Assembly: GCF_963534775.1 (NCBI RefSeq) | Contig: NZ_CAUSUH010000006.1 | Length of the DNA stretch: 64,000 bases | Direction: 5' to 3' (one strand) | Origin: Rothia mucilaginosa | GTDB lineage: Bacteria > Actinomycetota > Actinomycetes > Actinomycetales > Micrococcaceae | In this document: in pieces, positions 1 to 8,814 of the stretch | Layout: each line of letters begins with the position of its first letter | How positions within the stretch are numbered: position 1 is the stretch's first letter | The notes under the pieces: model-generated | What the model was told of the DNA's origin: nothing | Seen by the model: only the letters and a program-made list of their open reading frames with translations | The model's database searches: none | Program-made: the position numbers and the translations under genes

Positions 1-42
1 CCGCAGCAGGTAGCGGAACCTAAAGCTCTCCGGGTGGGAAAC

Positions 43-2370
43 CTAGAGAGAAGCGCGAATCGCCTTGGTGGCGTCCACCAGGTGACGCAGAGACTGCTTG
101 GTCTCCTCGTAATCACGAGTCTTCAGACCGCAGTCCGGGTTCACCCACAGGTCGGCAATGGTGCCGTAGCCAATCGCAGCCTTCAGCAGGGACTCAATCT
201 CCTCCTGCGAGGGAACACGCGGGGAGTGGATGTCCCACACGCCCGGGCCCAGACCGGAAACGAAGGTCTCCGGAATATCAGCCAGCAGCTCCATGTGCGA
301 GCGGGCGGCCTCGATGCTGGTCACGTCAGCGTTCAGAGCGTTAATCGAGTCGATAATCTCGTTGAACTCCGAGTAGCACAGGTGGGTGTGAATCTGGGTG
401 GAGTCCTTCACGCCGCTGGTTGCCAGGCGGAAGGAGTTCACCGACCAGTCCAGGTACTGCGGCTGCTCGTCGCGGCGCAGGGGCAGCAGCTCGCGCAGAG
501 CCGGCTCATCCACCTGAATGATGCGGATGCCCGCCTCCTCCAGGTCGGCAATCTCGTCGGCCAGTGCCAGAGCCACCTGGTTAGCGGTCTCGCGGCGCGG
601 CTGGTCGTCACGCACGAAGGACCACGCCAGAATCGTCACGGGGCCGGTGAGCATACCCTTGACCGGCTTCTCGCTCAGCGACTGTGCGTGGGAGCTCCAC
701 GGCACGGTGAACGCCTCACCGCGCAGGCCCTCGCCGTGACGCTTCACGTCACCGAACAGGATCGAGGGGCGGGTGCAACGCGAACCGTAGGACTGAACCC
801 AGCCGTGGCGGGTGGTTGCGAAGCCGTCGAAGTTCTCGGCGAAGTACTGAACCATATCGTTACGCTCGGCTTCACCGTGAACCAGCACGTCCAGGCCCAG
901 CTCCTCCTGCAGCTTGATGACCGAGGCAATCTCGTCACGCAAGAAGCCGTTCAGCTCCTCGGCGGAAATCTTGCCCGCACGAGCCTCCGCACGGCGGCGG
1001 CGAATCTCAGCGGTCTGGGGGAAGGAACCGATGGTGGTGGTCGGCAGCTTCGGCAGGTTCAGGTCAGCCTGAGCCGCATGGCGAACGTCAATGGTCGGAC
1101 GGTCGAAGTCCTCGGCGGTCACAGCTGCGGCGCGGGCACGAATCTCGTCGTTGTGCTTGCGCGGGTCGGCGGCGAAGCGAGCCAGCGCCTCGTCAGCAGC
1201 CTTCAGCTCGGGCTCAACAGCGGCTTCACCCTCGGCCAGGCCACGAGCCAGCAGTGCAATCTCGGCGACCTTCTGGTCGGCGAAGGCCAGGCCGTCCACG
1301 GGAACCTCGGCGGGGTCTTCCAGAGCCAGGTCGTGCGGCACGTGCTGCAGGGAGGTCGAAGAAGCCACCGACACGGCACCCTCGGATGCGCCGGGCAGCG
1401 CCTCCAGGGTCTTCAGGGCGGCGCGAACGTCGGCACGCCACACGTTGCGGCCGTTCACAACACCGGCAACCAGGTGCACGCCGGCGGCAGAAACAGACTC
1501 AAGCTCAGCCTTCGAGTACACGCCGTGCACCAGGTCAAGGTGCAGCGCCTCAATACCGGTACCCAGCAGCGCCGGCAGGTTCTCACGCAGGGAACCGTAG
1601 GGGCTAGTCACCAGAATCTGCGGGCGCTTCTCGCCTGCAGCCAGGGCACGGTAGGTGCGCTCAGCAAGCTCGGCAACCTTCGCGTTGTCGGCACGGTCCA
1701 CGGTCAGGCCCGGCTCGTCCAACTGAACCCACTCAACACCGCGCTCAGCCAGCTGCTCCAGCACCTGAGCGTACGCTGCAACGAACTCGTCCAGTCGGTC
1801 GACGGGTGCGAAGTCTTCAGCGGAACCCTGCTCGGCCTTAGCGCCCAGCAGCAGGGTCAGCGGGCCAACAATCTGCGGACGAACCTTCACGCCAGCCTGC
1901 TTTGCGACCTCGAGCTGCTCGTCAATAGCCTCAAGGTTCAGCTTAATCTCGGTGTCGGCACCAATCTCGGGCACCAGGTAGTGGTAGTTGGTGTCGAACC
2001 ACTTGGTCATCTCCAGCGGAGGCAGGGTCTCGGTACCGCGCGCCAGGGCGAAGTAGCCAGGCAGATCCAGCAGGCCGCGTGCATCCTTAGCCTCGGCCAG
2101 ACGCTCGGGAACCAGGGTGAACAGGCGAACAACGTCGAGCACCTGGTCGTAGTAGGAGAAGGTCGCCGGAATCGAGTAGTCGTCAGCCTTCAGGCCCGCG
2201 GCGGTCACGCGCTCAAAGTAGGTGCGCTGCACGTCAGCGGCGGTGTCCTGCAGCTCCTGCAGGGTGACCTTGCCCTTCCAGAAAGCCTCCTGAGCCTTCT
2301 TCAGCTCACGGAAGCGGCCCACGCGGGGGTAACCAACAATAGTTGCGGCGGGGAAAGCAACGTTAGACAT
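43..2370 (-). CDS. metE: Cobalamin-independent methionine synthase
   Basis: 775 aa. Contains EMTKWFDTNYHY, LDVLVHGEAERNDMVQYF, GWVQSYGSRC and the Zn-ligand motifs HTHLCYSE and NPDCGLKTR. Confidence 0.97.
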   Translation of the reverse strand: MSNVAFPAATIVGYPRVGRFRELKKAQEAFWKGKVTLQELQDTAADVQRTYFERVTAAGLKADDYSIPATFSYYDQVLDVVRLFTLVPERLAEAKDARGLLDLPGYFALARGTETLPPLEMTKWFDTNYHYLVPEIGADTEIKLNLEAIDEQLEVAKQAGVKVRPQIVGPLTLLLGAKAEQGSAEDFAPVDRLDEFVAAYAQVLEQLAERGVEWVQLDEPGLTVDRADNAKVAELAERTYRALAAGEKRPQILVTSPYGSLRENLPALLGTGIEALHLDLVHGVYSKAELESVSAAGVHLVAGVVNGRNVWRADVRAALKTLEALPGASEGAVSVASSTSLQHVPHDLALEDPAEVPVDGLAFADQKVAEIALLARGLAEGEAAVEPELKAADEALARFAADPRKHNDEIRARAAAVTAEDFDRPTIDVRHAAQADLNLPKLPTTTIGSFPQTAEIRRRRAEARAGKISAEELNGFLRDEIASVIKLQEELGLDVLVHGEAERNDMVQYFAENFDGFATTRHGWVQSYGSRCTRPSILFGDVKRHGEGLRGEAFTVPWSSHAQSLSEKPVKGMLTGPVTILAWSFVRDDQPRRETANQVALALADEIADLEEAGIRIIQVDEPALRELLPLRRDEQPQYLDWSVNSFRLATSGVKDSTQIHTHLCYSEFNEIIDSINALNADVTSIEAARSHMELLADIPETFVSGLGPGVWDIHSPRVPSQEEIESLLKAAIGYGTIADLWVNPDCGLKTRDYEETKQSLRHLVDATKAIRASL

Positions 2371-2517
2371 AGTGCATATTCCTTTACTGGGGATAGAAAT
2401 GGGAGAATCAGCGGGCCCTGCCGGCCCCGTCGATGGGGCCTAGGTCCGCGGGACGCTCCCGGGGTACTTTGGGGGAAACTTGGGTGGCGCATCCGCGCCG
2501 GGCGGAGCGGGTCGCGT

Positions 2518-3423
2518 TTAGGCGAATTCCAGCTCGCTCAGGGGCTGGGAGAAACGGTTGCTGTATCGGGGCAGGTCCAGCTGATCCAGAACGTCCAGCA
2601 CCGCGGCATGCTCGTTGAAGGTGAAGAAGTGCAGGCCCGGTGCGCCCGCATCCATCACGGTGCGGCACTGGTTCAGTGCGTAGTCCACGCCGATGCGGTG
2701 CAGCTCTGCGCTGCTGGTTGCCGTCTCCAGGGCGTACGCAAGATCCGCCGGAACCGACATGCCCGCCATCTGGCAGAGGTTCTGCAAGCGCTTCAGGGAG
2801 GTCACCGGCATGATGCCCGGAATAATCGGGATGTCCACACCCGCCAGGCGAGCCGAGTCGACCAGGGCACTGTAGCGCTCATCCTCGAAGAACACCTGGG
2901 TGATAGCGAAATCCGCGCCGGCACGCTGCTTCGACAGCAGAATCTCAATATCCTGCAGCAGGGATGCGGACTCGGGGTGCTTCTGCGGGTACGCCGCCAC
3001 ACCGATGGACACCTTACCCGCCGCCAGGTGGGCGAAATCTTCACGTTCCACGCGGCGAATCAGCTCGACCAGGTAGCGGGCGAAGGGAAGCTCAGAAACC
3101 TGACCTTCCTGCACGTCACCGCGCAGCGCCAGGAAACCGCGCACGCCCAGACCCAGAATCAGGCGGACCGCACGCTCCAGCTCGTGCACCGAGTGGCCTG
3201 CACAAATCAGGTGTGCCAGGGGGGTGAGGGAGGTTTCGTGCACCAGGTAGTCGAGCAGCGCCAGCGTCTTCTGACGGCGCTTCGCGTCACCGGAATAGGT
3301 GACCGAAACGTAGTCGGGGTTGGTACCCTCAAGCTCCGCAATGGTGCGAATCAGCGACTCACAGCTTGCGTGTGAGCGCGGAGGGAACAGCTCAAAAGAA
3401 AGAGCCGGGTGAACTGTCGTCAT
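2518..3423 (-). CDS. metF: 5,10-methylenetetrahydrofolate reductase
   Basis: Contains SFELFPP, ALRGD, AAYPQKHP, GADFAITQ and GLHFFTFN. Start placed at ATG 3423, which has GAAGGA 5 nt upstream. Co-oriented upstream of metE. Confidence 0.95.
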   Translation of the reverse strand: MTTVHPALSFELFPPRSHASCESLIRTIAELEGTNPDYVSVTYSGDAKRRQKTLALLDYLVHETSLTPLAHLICAGHSVHELERAVRLILGLGVRGFLALRGDVQEGQVSELPFARYLVELIRRVEREDFAHLAAGKVSIGVAAYPQKHPESASLLQDIEILLSKQRAGADFAITQVFFEDERYSALVDSARLAGVDIPIIPGIMPVTSLKRLQNLCQMAGMSVPADLAYALETATSSAELHRIGVDYALNQCRTVMDAGAPGLHFFTFNEHAAVLDVLDQLDLPRYSNRFSQPLSELEFA

Positions 3424-3542
3424 AACCATCCTTCGTGTTCACCCGATAGATACGCACCGTAAGGGTGCGCGAATTCTTCTGCAGGATGCGCGCCACCGGT
3501 TTGCGGGTGCGCATCATCAAGGGGTGCCGAAGGGTATTCTTC

Positions 3543-3655
3543 TCTATCGGTTCTGGCGGGAGCACCTTGTCCGCACCCTGCACCGTGACGGTGGGGGATA
3601 CTGGCGAGGTTGCTGCGACGTCGACGAGCCAGATCTCTCGGTCGCTCTTGATAGA
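3543..3655 (-). ncRNA. SAM-I-type (S-box) riboswitch, apparently lacking P4
   Basis: Minus strand reads TCTATC-AAGAG-CGACCGAGAGATCTGGCTCGTCGACGTCG-CAGCAACC...AAGGTGCT-CCCGCCAGAACC-GATAGA. P1 is TCTATC/GATAGA, the core ATCAAGAG, GCAACC and GGTGC motifs are present, and CTGGC/GCCAG can form the pseudoknot. Lies in the metF-metE leader. Confidence 0.88.
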
Positions 3656-3989
3656 TAACGCCTTCACTGTACCGGGCGTTTTGGAGGGTGCGCAAGAATT
3701 TCGGGGAATGATGGCCCAATATGTCGAGAGATGACGAGTCACCGAAATATGAACTTAATATGACCGACTATGACGAAGGGTGGCTGGGGGCGTTGCGGGT
3801 AGGGCTGTCGGCTGACCCCTGAATGCCTGAAGATGTCACAGATATATCTGCTTAATATTCTTGGACACGCACGAATATATGTGTTTTATATTTCATTGAG
3901 GGGTAGGGTAGCTAGTGAGGCACGGGTAGTGTTTCAATGTCCGCTCATCGAGGAGTTTCAGGGCTCAAAGATGAGTTCAATATGACTTT

Positions 3990-5807
3990 GTGAGCGTGGT
4001 GAGAATGAAAAAGCTATTTTCTTCTATACTCTGGTCCTTCCGCCTAGCATGGAAAACCTGTCCCACAACCCTGGTGAGCGTCGCCCTATCGCTAGCCGTC
4101 ATTGCCTGCATTCCCTTGAGTCAGTCCCTGCTGATTGGTAATACAGTATCAGCCTTGAGCGGTTCAAATGGTGGCGCGGCCTGGATTTATATCGTTGCTC
4201 TTGCCCTTGTTGTCGGAATTAATATCATTGCTAAACGCTGGGTCATAAGTAACATGCTCATCCTCAAATCAAAGGTGAACTATCGGGTTCACTGCATGTT
4301 AAATAACAGGTTATCTACATTTCCGTTATCTGATATAGGTAGCACAAAATCACAGGAAGATATACGTGCTGCTAGAGAGGCAATATCGAAACAGGAATTG
4401 CAGGTTCACACCATGTCAGTTATGACACTGGTGAGTGCCTTCGCAATGGTGTTACTTCTCTGTCTTAATATCGCGAACGTCAGCGTTGTGGCAGCAATTT
4501 TTGCGGCACTGTGTTCACTACCCCTATCTATTGCAATGGTAATCCTCGCTAAACGTGATTACGCTATATACACCCTAATGTACGAGGACTATCGGGTAGA
4601 GAACTACTATCTAGACAATCTGATGGCTCAAAGTCGCGCCCAAGAACTTCACCTCATGAGAGCTTCCCGATTTTTCTCGCAACGCGTAGCGTCCTGGCGA
4701 CGCCGGGCGGCCGGTAGGGAATTGAGCCTTGAAAGTGTTAGAGGAATCATCTCCGTAGTTGCAGGGCTACTCTGCTCTGTCTTACTTTTTGCGTCCCTGT
4801 ACTTCCTTGTGGATTCAGGAGCCGATATATCGTATGTGGCCGGATCGCTGATTGGAATCATTGCCTGTGTTGACGCGACCCAAGAGGTGGGATATTCATT
4901 TGGTCAGATTATTAATGGAGCATTATCTGTTCAGCAATTCCGAAGGGTATGCGACTCTGATACTTACGACCATGCTTCTGAGATAAAAACTTCTAACCCT
5001 AACCATGAAAATATTTCAAAAATTATATGCAAAGATGTGTCCGTTCAGTATGAGGGCGCGTCGTCTTTTGCGCTTAAAGATATTAATCTTGAGCTGATGA
5101 ATAATCAAATGATTGCAGTAGTTGGTGCCTCGGGCGCGGGAAAAACAACGCTAATAAATGCAATTCTTGGAATTACACCAATTGCCCAGGGGAGCATAAC
5201 GTATAAGGGTGCTTCTTCTGAGAGTAAATACAACATGTTGGCAAATGTTGGTTTGGTGAGTCAAGACTACGGCCGTTATGAACTGACTGTGCGTGAAAAT
5301 CTCCTGCTGGGTTTGCCGCAGGAGGCGGTTGAGCGTCTTGGTGATGCTGATTTGTGGTCGGCTTTGTCGGTGGCTTGTGCTGATGATTTTGTGCGTGGTC
5401 TTGAGGGTGGTTTGGATGCTCAGTTGGGTGAGTCGTTTGGTGGTGTTGGTCTTTCGGGTGGTCAGTGGCAGCGTTTGGCGTTGGCGCGTGTGGTTCTTCG
5501 GGATGCGCCGGTGTGGGTGTTGGATGAGCCGACCAGTGCTGTGGATGCTGAGACTGAGGAGGAGATTTTTGCTCGGTTGAAGGTGGCTGCTGTTGGGCGT
5601 TTGGTGGTGTTGGTGTCTCATCGTGCGTGGACGTTGCGTGGTGTTGATTCTGTGGTGGTGTTGGATGGTGGGTGTGTGGTGGAGCAAGGAACCTACCGGG
5701 AGCTGCTGAAGGCAGAGGGAAAGTTTATGGAAATTTTCAAAAATCAGATCTCTGAAGATTCTGCAGGGCGCAAAACTTCCGCTGAAAGGGACTATAAAGA
5801 TGCGTAA
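3990..5807 (+). CDS. ABC exporter, fused TMD+NBD (MdlB-like), copy 1
   Basis: Hydrophobic N-terminal half, Walker A GASGAGKT, signature LSGGQWQR, Walker B WVLDE, H-loop SHR. TMD region is AT-rich relative to neighbours. Alternative start at ATG 4005. Confidence 0.9.
   Translation: MSVVRMKKLFSSILWSFRLAWKTCPTTLVSVALSLAVIACIPLSQSLLIGNTVSALSGSNGGAAWIYIVALALVVGINIIAKRWVISNMLILKSKVNYRVHCMLNNRLSTFPLSDIGSTKSQEDIRAAREAISKQELQVHTMSVMTLVSAFAMVLLLCLNIANVSVVAAIFAALCSLPLSIAMVILAKRDYAIYTLMYEDYRVENYYLDNLMAQSRAQELHLMRASRFFSQRVASWRRRAAGRELSLESVRGIISVVAGLLCSVLLFASLYFLVDSGADISYVAGSLIGIIACVDATQEVGYSFGQIINGALSVQQFRRVCDSDTYDHASEIKTSNPNHENISKIICKDVSVQYEGASSFALKDINLELMNNQMIAVVGASGAGKTTLINAILGITPIAQGSITYKGASSESKYNMLANVGLVSQDYGRYELTVRENLLLGLPQEAVERLGDADLWSALSVACADDFVRGLEGGLDAQLGESFGGVGLSGGQWQRLALARVVLRDAPVWVLDEPTSAVDAETEEEIFARLKVAAVGRLVVLVSHRAWTLRGVDSVVVLDGGCVVEQGTYRELLKAEGKFMEIFKNQISEDSAGRKTSAERDYKDA
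5236..5701 (+). repeat. 466-bp direct repeat, copy A (Q-loop to end of NBD)
   Basis: TGTTGGCAAATGTTGG...GGAACCTACCGGGA recurs at offset +1789. Off-frame ORFs 5293..5580 and 7082..7369 translate identically. Confidence 0.93.
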
Positions 5808-7554
5808 GATTATGGCTAATACTGTTTGGTCCGTGGTTTATGCTTTCAAAAATCACCCCGTATGGACCGTTTCCTATCTAGTGTCTGTTGTGTGCCTATC
5901 ACTATTCCCTGCTCTGCAGATGGAGGCTGTCACTAGACTTGTTGAGCATTTGGGCCAGAGCCAGGATGAAGTGCTCCCGCTAGCGCTGGGGGTTAGTTTT
6001 GTGCTGGCAGGATACATTGCCCTGGGACAAGCATCAGACTCTCTGCGTATGATTCTAAATTCTCGAATGTCAAGTACGGGTATTCAGAACGTATCTTCTC
6101 GTCTGGCGACTTGTTCCTCTCAGGAAATCGCGAGCGGTGATTATGCTCGCTCATCAAGGGCAGCTCATGAAGCTGTGACAGGGGGGAGCCTGGGGTCTCA
6201 AGTTTCCACTATGGGTGCTCTGATATTCATCATTTTTTCGACGGGAGCTCTTAGCTATTCTGTAGGAAAGATCAATGTATATGCTTCACTCTGCATGCTT
6301 GCAGGCATGATTCCTGTTGCCTTGATGTCACATCTCTATTCGAGTAAGAATGCTGAGGCAATGGAAAAAATATATTCATATAGCTACAACGCGTGGCATA
6401 GCACTAACCAGATTGCACAAATAACTACTGCTCGTGAGCTTGCAATTCTTAATGCTCGGTCGTTCTTTGCGCATCGTGCTAATCAAGAACGGAAAAAATC
6501 CGGTGAGGAGGAAATTGGCCTAGCTCGTTACATCCTCAGAATATATACAATTGTTGGTTTTATAAGCGCTGCATTGCTAGCTTTAGCCCTTATTTTTCTA
6601 GCGGCCTCGGTGCCGGCTCCCGGTGCTCTTGCTGGAGCTGTTATAGGTATTACCTCGGCTATAGTCTCGCTTGGCTCGATGGGAAGCGACCTTAGCTCGA
6701 TGGCAGCGGGGTCAAACGCAATTGATATATATCGAAAGTTTATTTCTAGCGCACAGCCCAAGCAGAAAAATTCGGTTGCCGATACCTACCTCGAGATTTC
6801 CAGCGTTTCCATTAGGAATCTTGCTATCCAGTATCCAAAAGCTGATTCTTTAGCTCTTAAAAACATCAATCTCACTTTTGGTCCCGGGCAGATGATTGGT
6901 ATTGTCGGGCCCAGCGGATCGGGAAAGACAACCCTAGTAAATGCACTCATGGGTATGCTTAAGCCCTCCAAAGGAGACATCCTCATGGGAGGTAAGTCGG
7001 TACAGGACATATCACCTGATGATTTGTTGGCAAATGTTGGTTTGGTGAGTCAAGACTACGGCCGTTATGAACTGACTGTGCGTGAAAATCTCCTGCTGGG
7101 TTTGCCGCAGGAGGCGGTTGAGCGTCTTGGTGATGCTGATTTGTGGTCGGCTTTGTCGGTGGCTTGTGCTGATGATTTTGTGCGTGGTCTTGAGGGTGGT
7201 TTGGATGCTCAGTTGGGTGAGTCGTTTGGTGGTGTTGGTCTTTCGGGTGGTCAGTGGCAGCGTTTGGCGTTGGCGCGTGTGGTTCTTCGGGATGCGCCGG
7301 TGTGGGTGTTGGATGAGCCGACCAGTGCTGTGGATGCTGAGACTGAGGAGGAGATTTTTGCTCGGTTGAAGGTGGCTGCTGTTGGGCGTTTGGTGGTGTT
7401 GGTGTCTCATCGTGCGTGGACGTTGCGTGGTGTTGATTCTGTGGTGGTGTTGGATGGTGGGTGTGTGGTGGAGCAAGGAACCTACCGGGACCTAACGACC
7501 GACCCCACATCACGCTTCAGGAAGCTCTTCGCCTCCCAACTGGAGGGGAAATAA
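5800..7554 (+). CDS. ABC exporter, fused TMD+NBD, copy 2 (likely heterodimer partner of copy 1)
   Basis: Walker A GPSGSGKT, LSGGQWQR, WVLDE. Start overlaps the stop of the upstream gene. Confidence 0.9.
   Translation: MRKIMANTVWSVVYAFKNHPVWTVSYLVSVVCLSLFPALQMEAVTRLVEHLGQSQDEVLPLALGVSFVLAGYIALGQASDSLRMILNSRMSSTGIQNVSSRLATCSSQEIASGDYARSSRAAHEAVTGGSLGSQVSTMGALIFIIFSTGALSYSVGKINVYASLCMLAGMIPVALMSHLYSSKNAEAMEKIYSYSYNAWHSTNQIAQITTARELAILNARSFFAHRANQERKKSGEEEIGLARYILRIYTIVGFISAALLALALIFLAASVPAPGALAGAVIGITSAIVSLGSMGSDLSSMAAGSNAIDIYRKFISSAQPKQKNSVADTYLEISSVSIRNLAIQYPKADSLALKNINLTFGPGQMIGIVGPSGSGKTTLVNALMGMLKPSKGDILMGGKSVQDISPDDLLANVGLVSQDYGRYELTVRENLLLGLPQEAVERLGDADLWSALSVACADDFVRGLEGGLDAQLGESFGGVGLSGGQWQRLALARVVLRDAPVWVLDEPTSAVDAETEEEIFARLKVAAVGRLVVLVSHRAWTLRGVDSVVVLDGGCVVEQGTYRDLTTDPTSRFRKLFASQLEGK
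7025..7490 (+). repeat. 466-bp direct repeat, copy B
   Basis: Matches 5236..5701 with no mismatch seen by eye. Confidence 0.93.
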
Positions 7555-7590
7555 CCACGCAACATACCCGCACAACGTAGAGTTAAAAAC

Positions 7591-8592
7591 ATGGAACGTA
7601 TTGAATCCCCCGTCTACCGCAGGCTCGGCAACTCCGGCCTCGTCGTACCCAGCGTCGGCATCGGCTGCAACAACCTCGGCCGCCCCGGCACCCCCACCCG
7701 CACCCAGGAAGGCACCAACGAAGTCATCGCCGCCGCAGTCGACGCCGGCATCAGCTTCTTCGACATCGCCGACCTCTACGGCGCCGAACCCGGCCTCTCA
7801 GAAACCATGTTCGGCACCGCCCTCACCCAGCTCGGCCTCGATCGCGACGAACTGACCATCGTCACCAAATTCGGTCTGCCCGTCGGCGACCTCAATGGCA
7901 ACGACCGCAACGCTCGCGGATCCCGCCGCTACATCATGCGCGCCGTCGAAGGGTCCCTCCGCCGCCTCGGCACCGACTACATCGACCTGTACTTCTACCA
8001 CAGCCCCGACCCCAACACCCCCATCGAAGAAACCCTCAGCGCCCTCGACCAGCTCGTACGCGACGGTAAGGTCCGCTACCTGGGCCACTCCAACTTCTCC
8101 GGCTGGCAGCTCGCCCACGCCGAACACTGCGCCCGTGAACTCGGCACCGAACGGTTCATCGTCGCTGAAAACCACTACAACCTGCTCGACCGCCGCGCAG
8201 AACTCGAAATCCTGCCCGCCGCACGGCACTTCGGCATGGGTGTGCTGCCGTACTTCCCGCTCGCTAACGGCCTGCTGACCGGCAAGTACCGCCGCGACAA
8301 CATTCCCGCCGGTTCGCGCCTGTCCCACTCCAAGAAGAACGTGCTCGACGCCGCCAACTGGGACCAGCTCGAAGCCTTCCACAGCTTCTGCACCGAACGC
8401 GGCATTACCGAGGTGCAGGCGGCGTTCTCCTGGCTCGCACAGCAGTCGCCGGTCACCTCCGTCATTGCCGGTGCGACCAGCGCCGAGCAGGTGCGCGCCA
8501 ACGCACAGGCGGCATGCCTGCGCTTCGACGCTGAGGACCTCGCCGCCCTGGACGCCATCTTCCCGGCACCCGAGAAAATCGCGCTGTTCTAA
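7591..8592 (+). CDS. Aldo/keto reductase
   Basis: Contains FFDIADLYG, IVTKFG, SLRRLGTDYIDLYFYH, GKVRYLGHSN and PLANGLLTGKY. Confidence 0.93.
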   Translation: MERIESPVYRRLGNSGLVVPSVGIGCNNLGRPGTPTRTQEGTNEVIAAAVDAGISFFDIADLYGAEPGLSETMFGTALTQLGLDRDELTIVTKFGLPVGDLNGNDRNARGSRRYIMRAVEGSLRRLGTDYIDLYFYHSPDPNTPIEETLSALDQLVRDGKVRYLGHSNFSGWQLAHAEHCARELGTERFIVAENHYNLLDRRAELEILPAARHFGMGVLPYFPLANGLLTGKYRRDNIPAGSRLSHSKKNVLDAANWDQLEAFHSFCTERGITEVQAAFSWLAQQSPVTSVIAGATSAEQVRANAQAACLRFDAEDLAALDAIFPAPEKIALF

Positions 8593-8706
8593 CTCCGGCT
8601 CCCTCTCAAAGGGGCACTCAGGCGGTCGCATATGTCGGCCGTAATATACGCTGAAAAATGTCCGTGGTGAGAAATAAATATCACCCGCCGAACGTTTTCG
8701 CTAGGA

Positions 8707-8793
8707 TTAGGTGAGGTGTGTCTAACCTGACGCACCTCACCTAGCCCACTGACAGTGCTGAAGAACCACCAATGTCGGTGTAATCTCACCTAA
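8707..8793. promoter_or_regulatory. Putative operator: inverted repeat with DtxR/IdeR-like half-sites
   Basis: TAGGTGAGGTG (8708-8718) and CACCTCACCTA (8733-8743) form a perfect inverted repeat. A third half-site CTCACCTAA lies at 8785-8793. Confidence 0.45.
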
Positions 8794-8814
8794 CCCCTCG
8801 GCATAAAGGACACC

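Noticed and set aside
34..3375. 1113-aa + strand ORF
   Set aside because: Antisense shadow of metE and metF caused by high-GC codon bias; no motifs of its own.
3392..3742. Short ORFs upstream of metF as leader peptides
   Set aside because: The region is explained by the SAM riboswitch; the ORFs have no RBS or Met-rich attenuator signature.
3937..3993. 18-aa ORF MSAHRGVSGLKDEFNMTL overlapping the ABC start as a RiPP precursor
   Set aside because: No RBS, no leader or core features and no modifying enzymes nearby; a remnant cannot be excluded.
5151..7513. His/Thr/Gln-rich minus-strand ORFs and duplicate 95-aa off-frame ORFs
   Set aside because: By-products of the G+T-rich duplicated NBD block.
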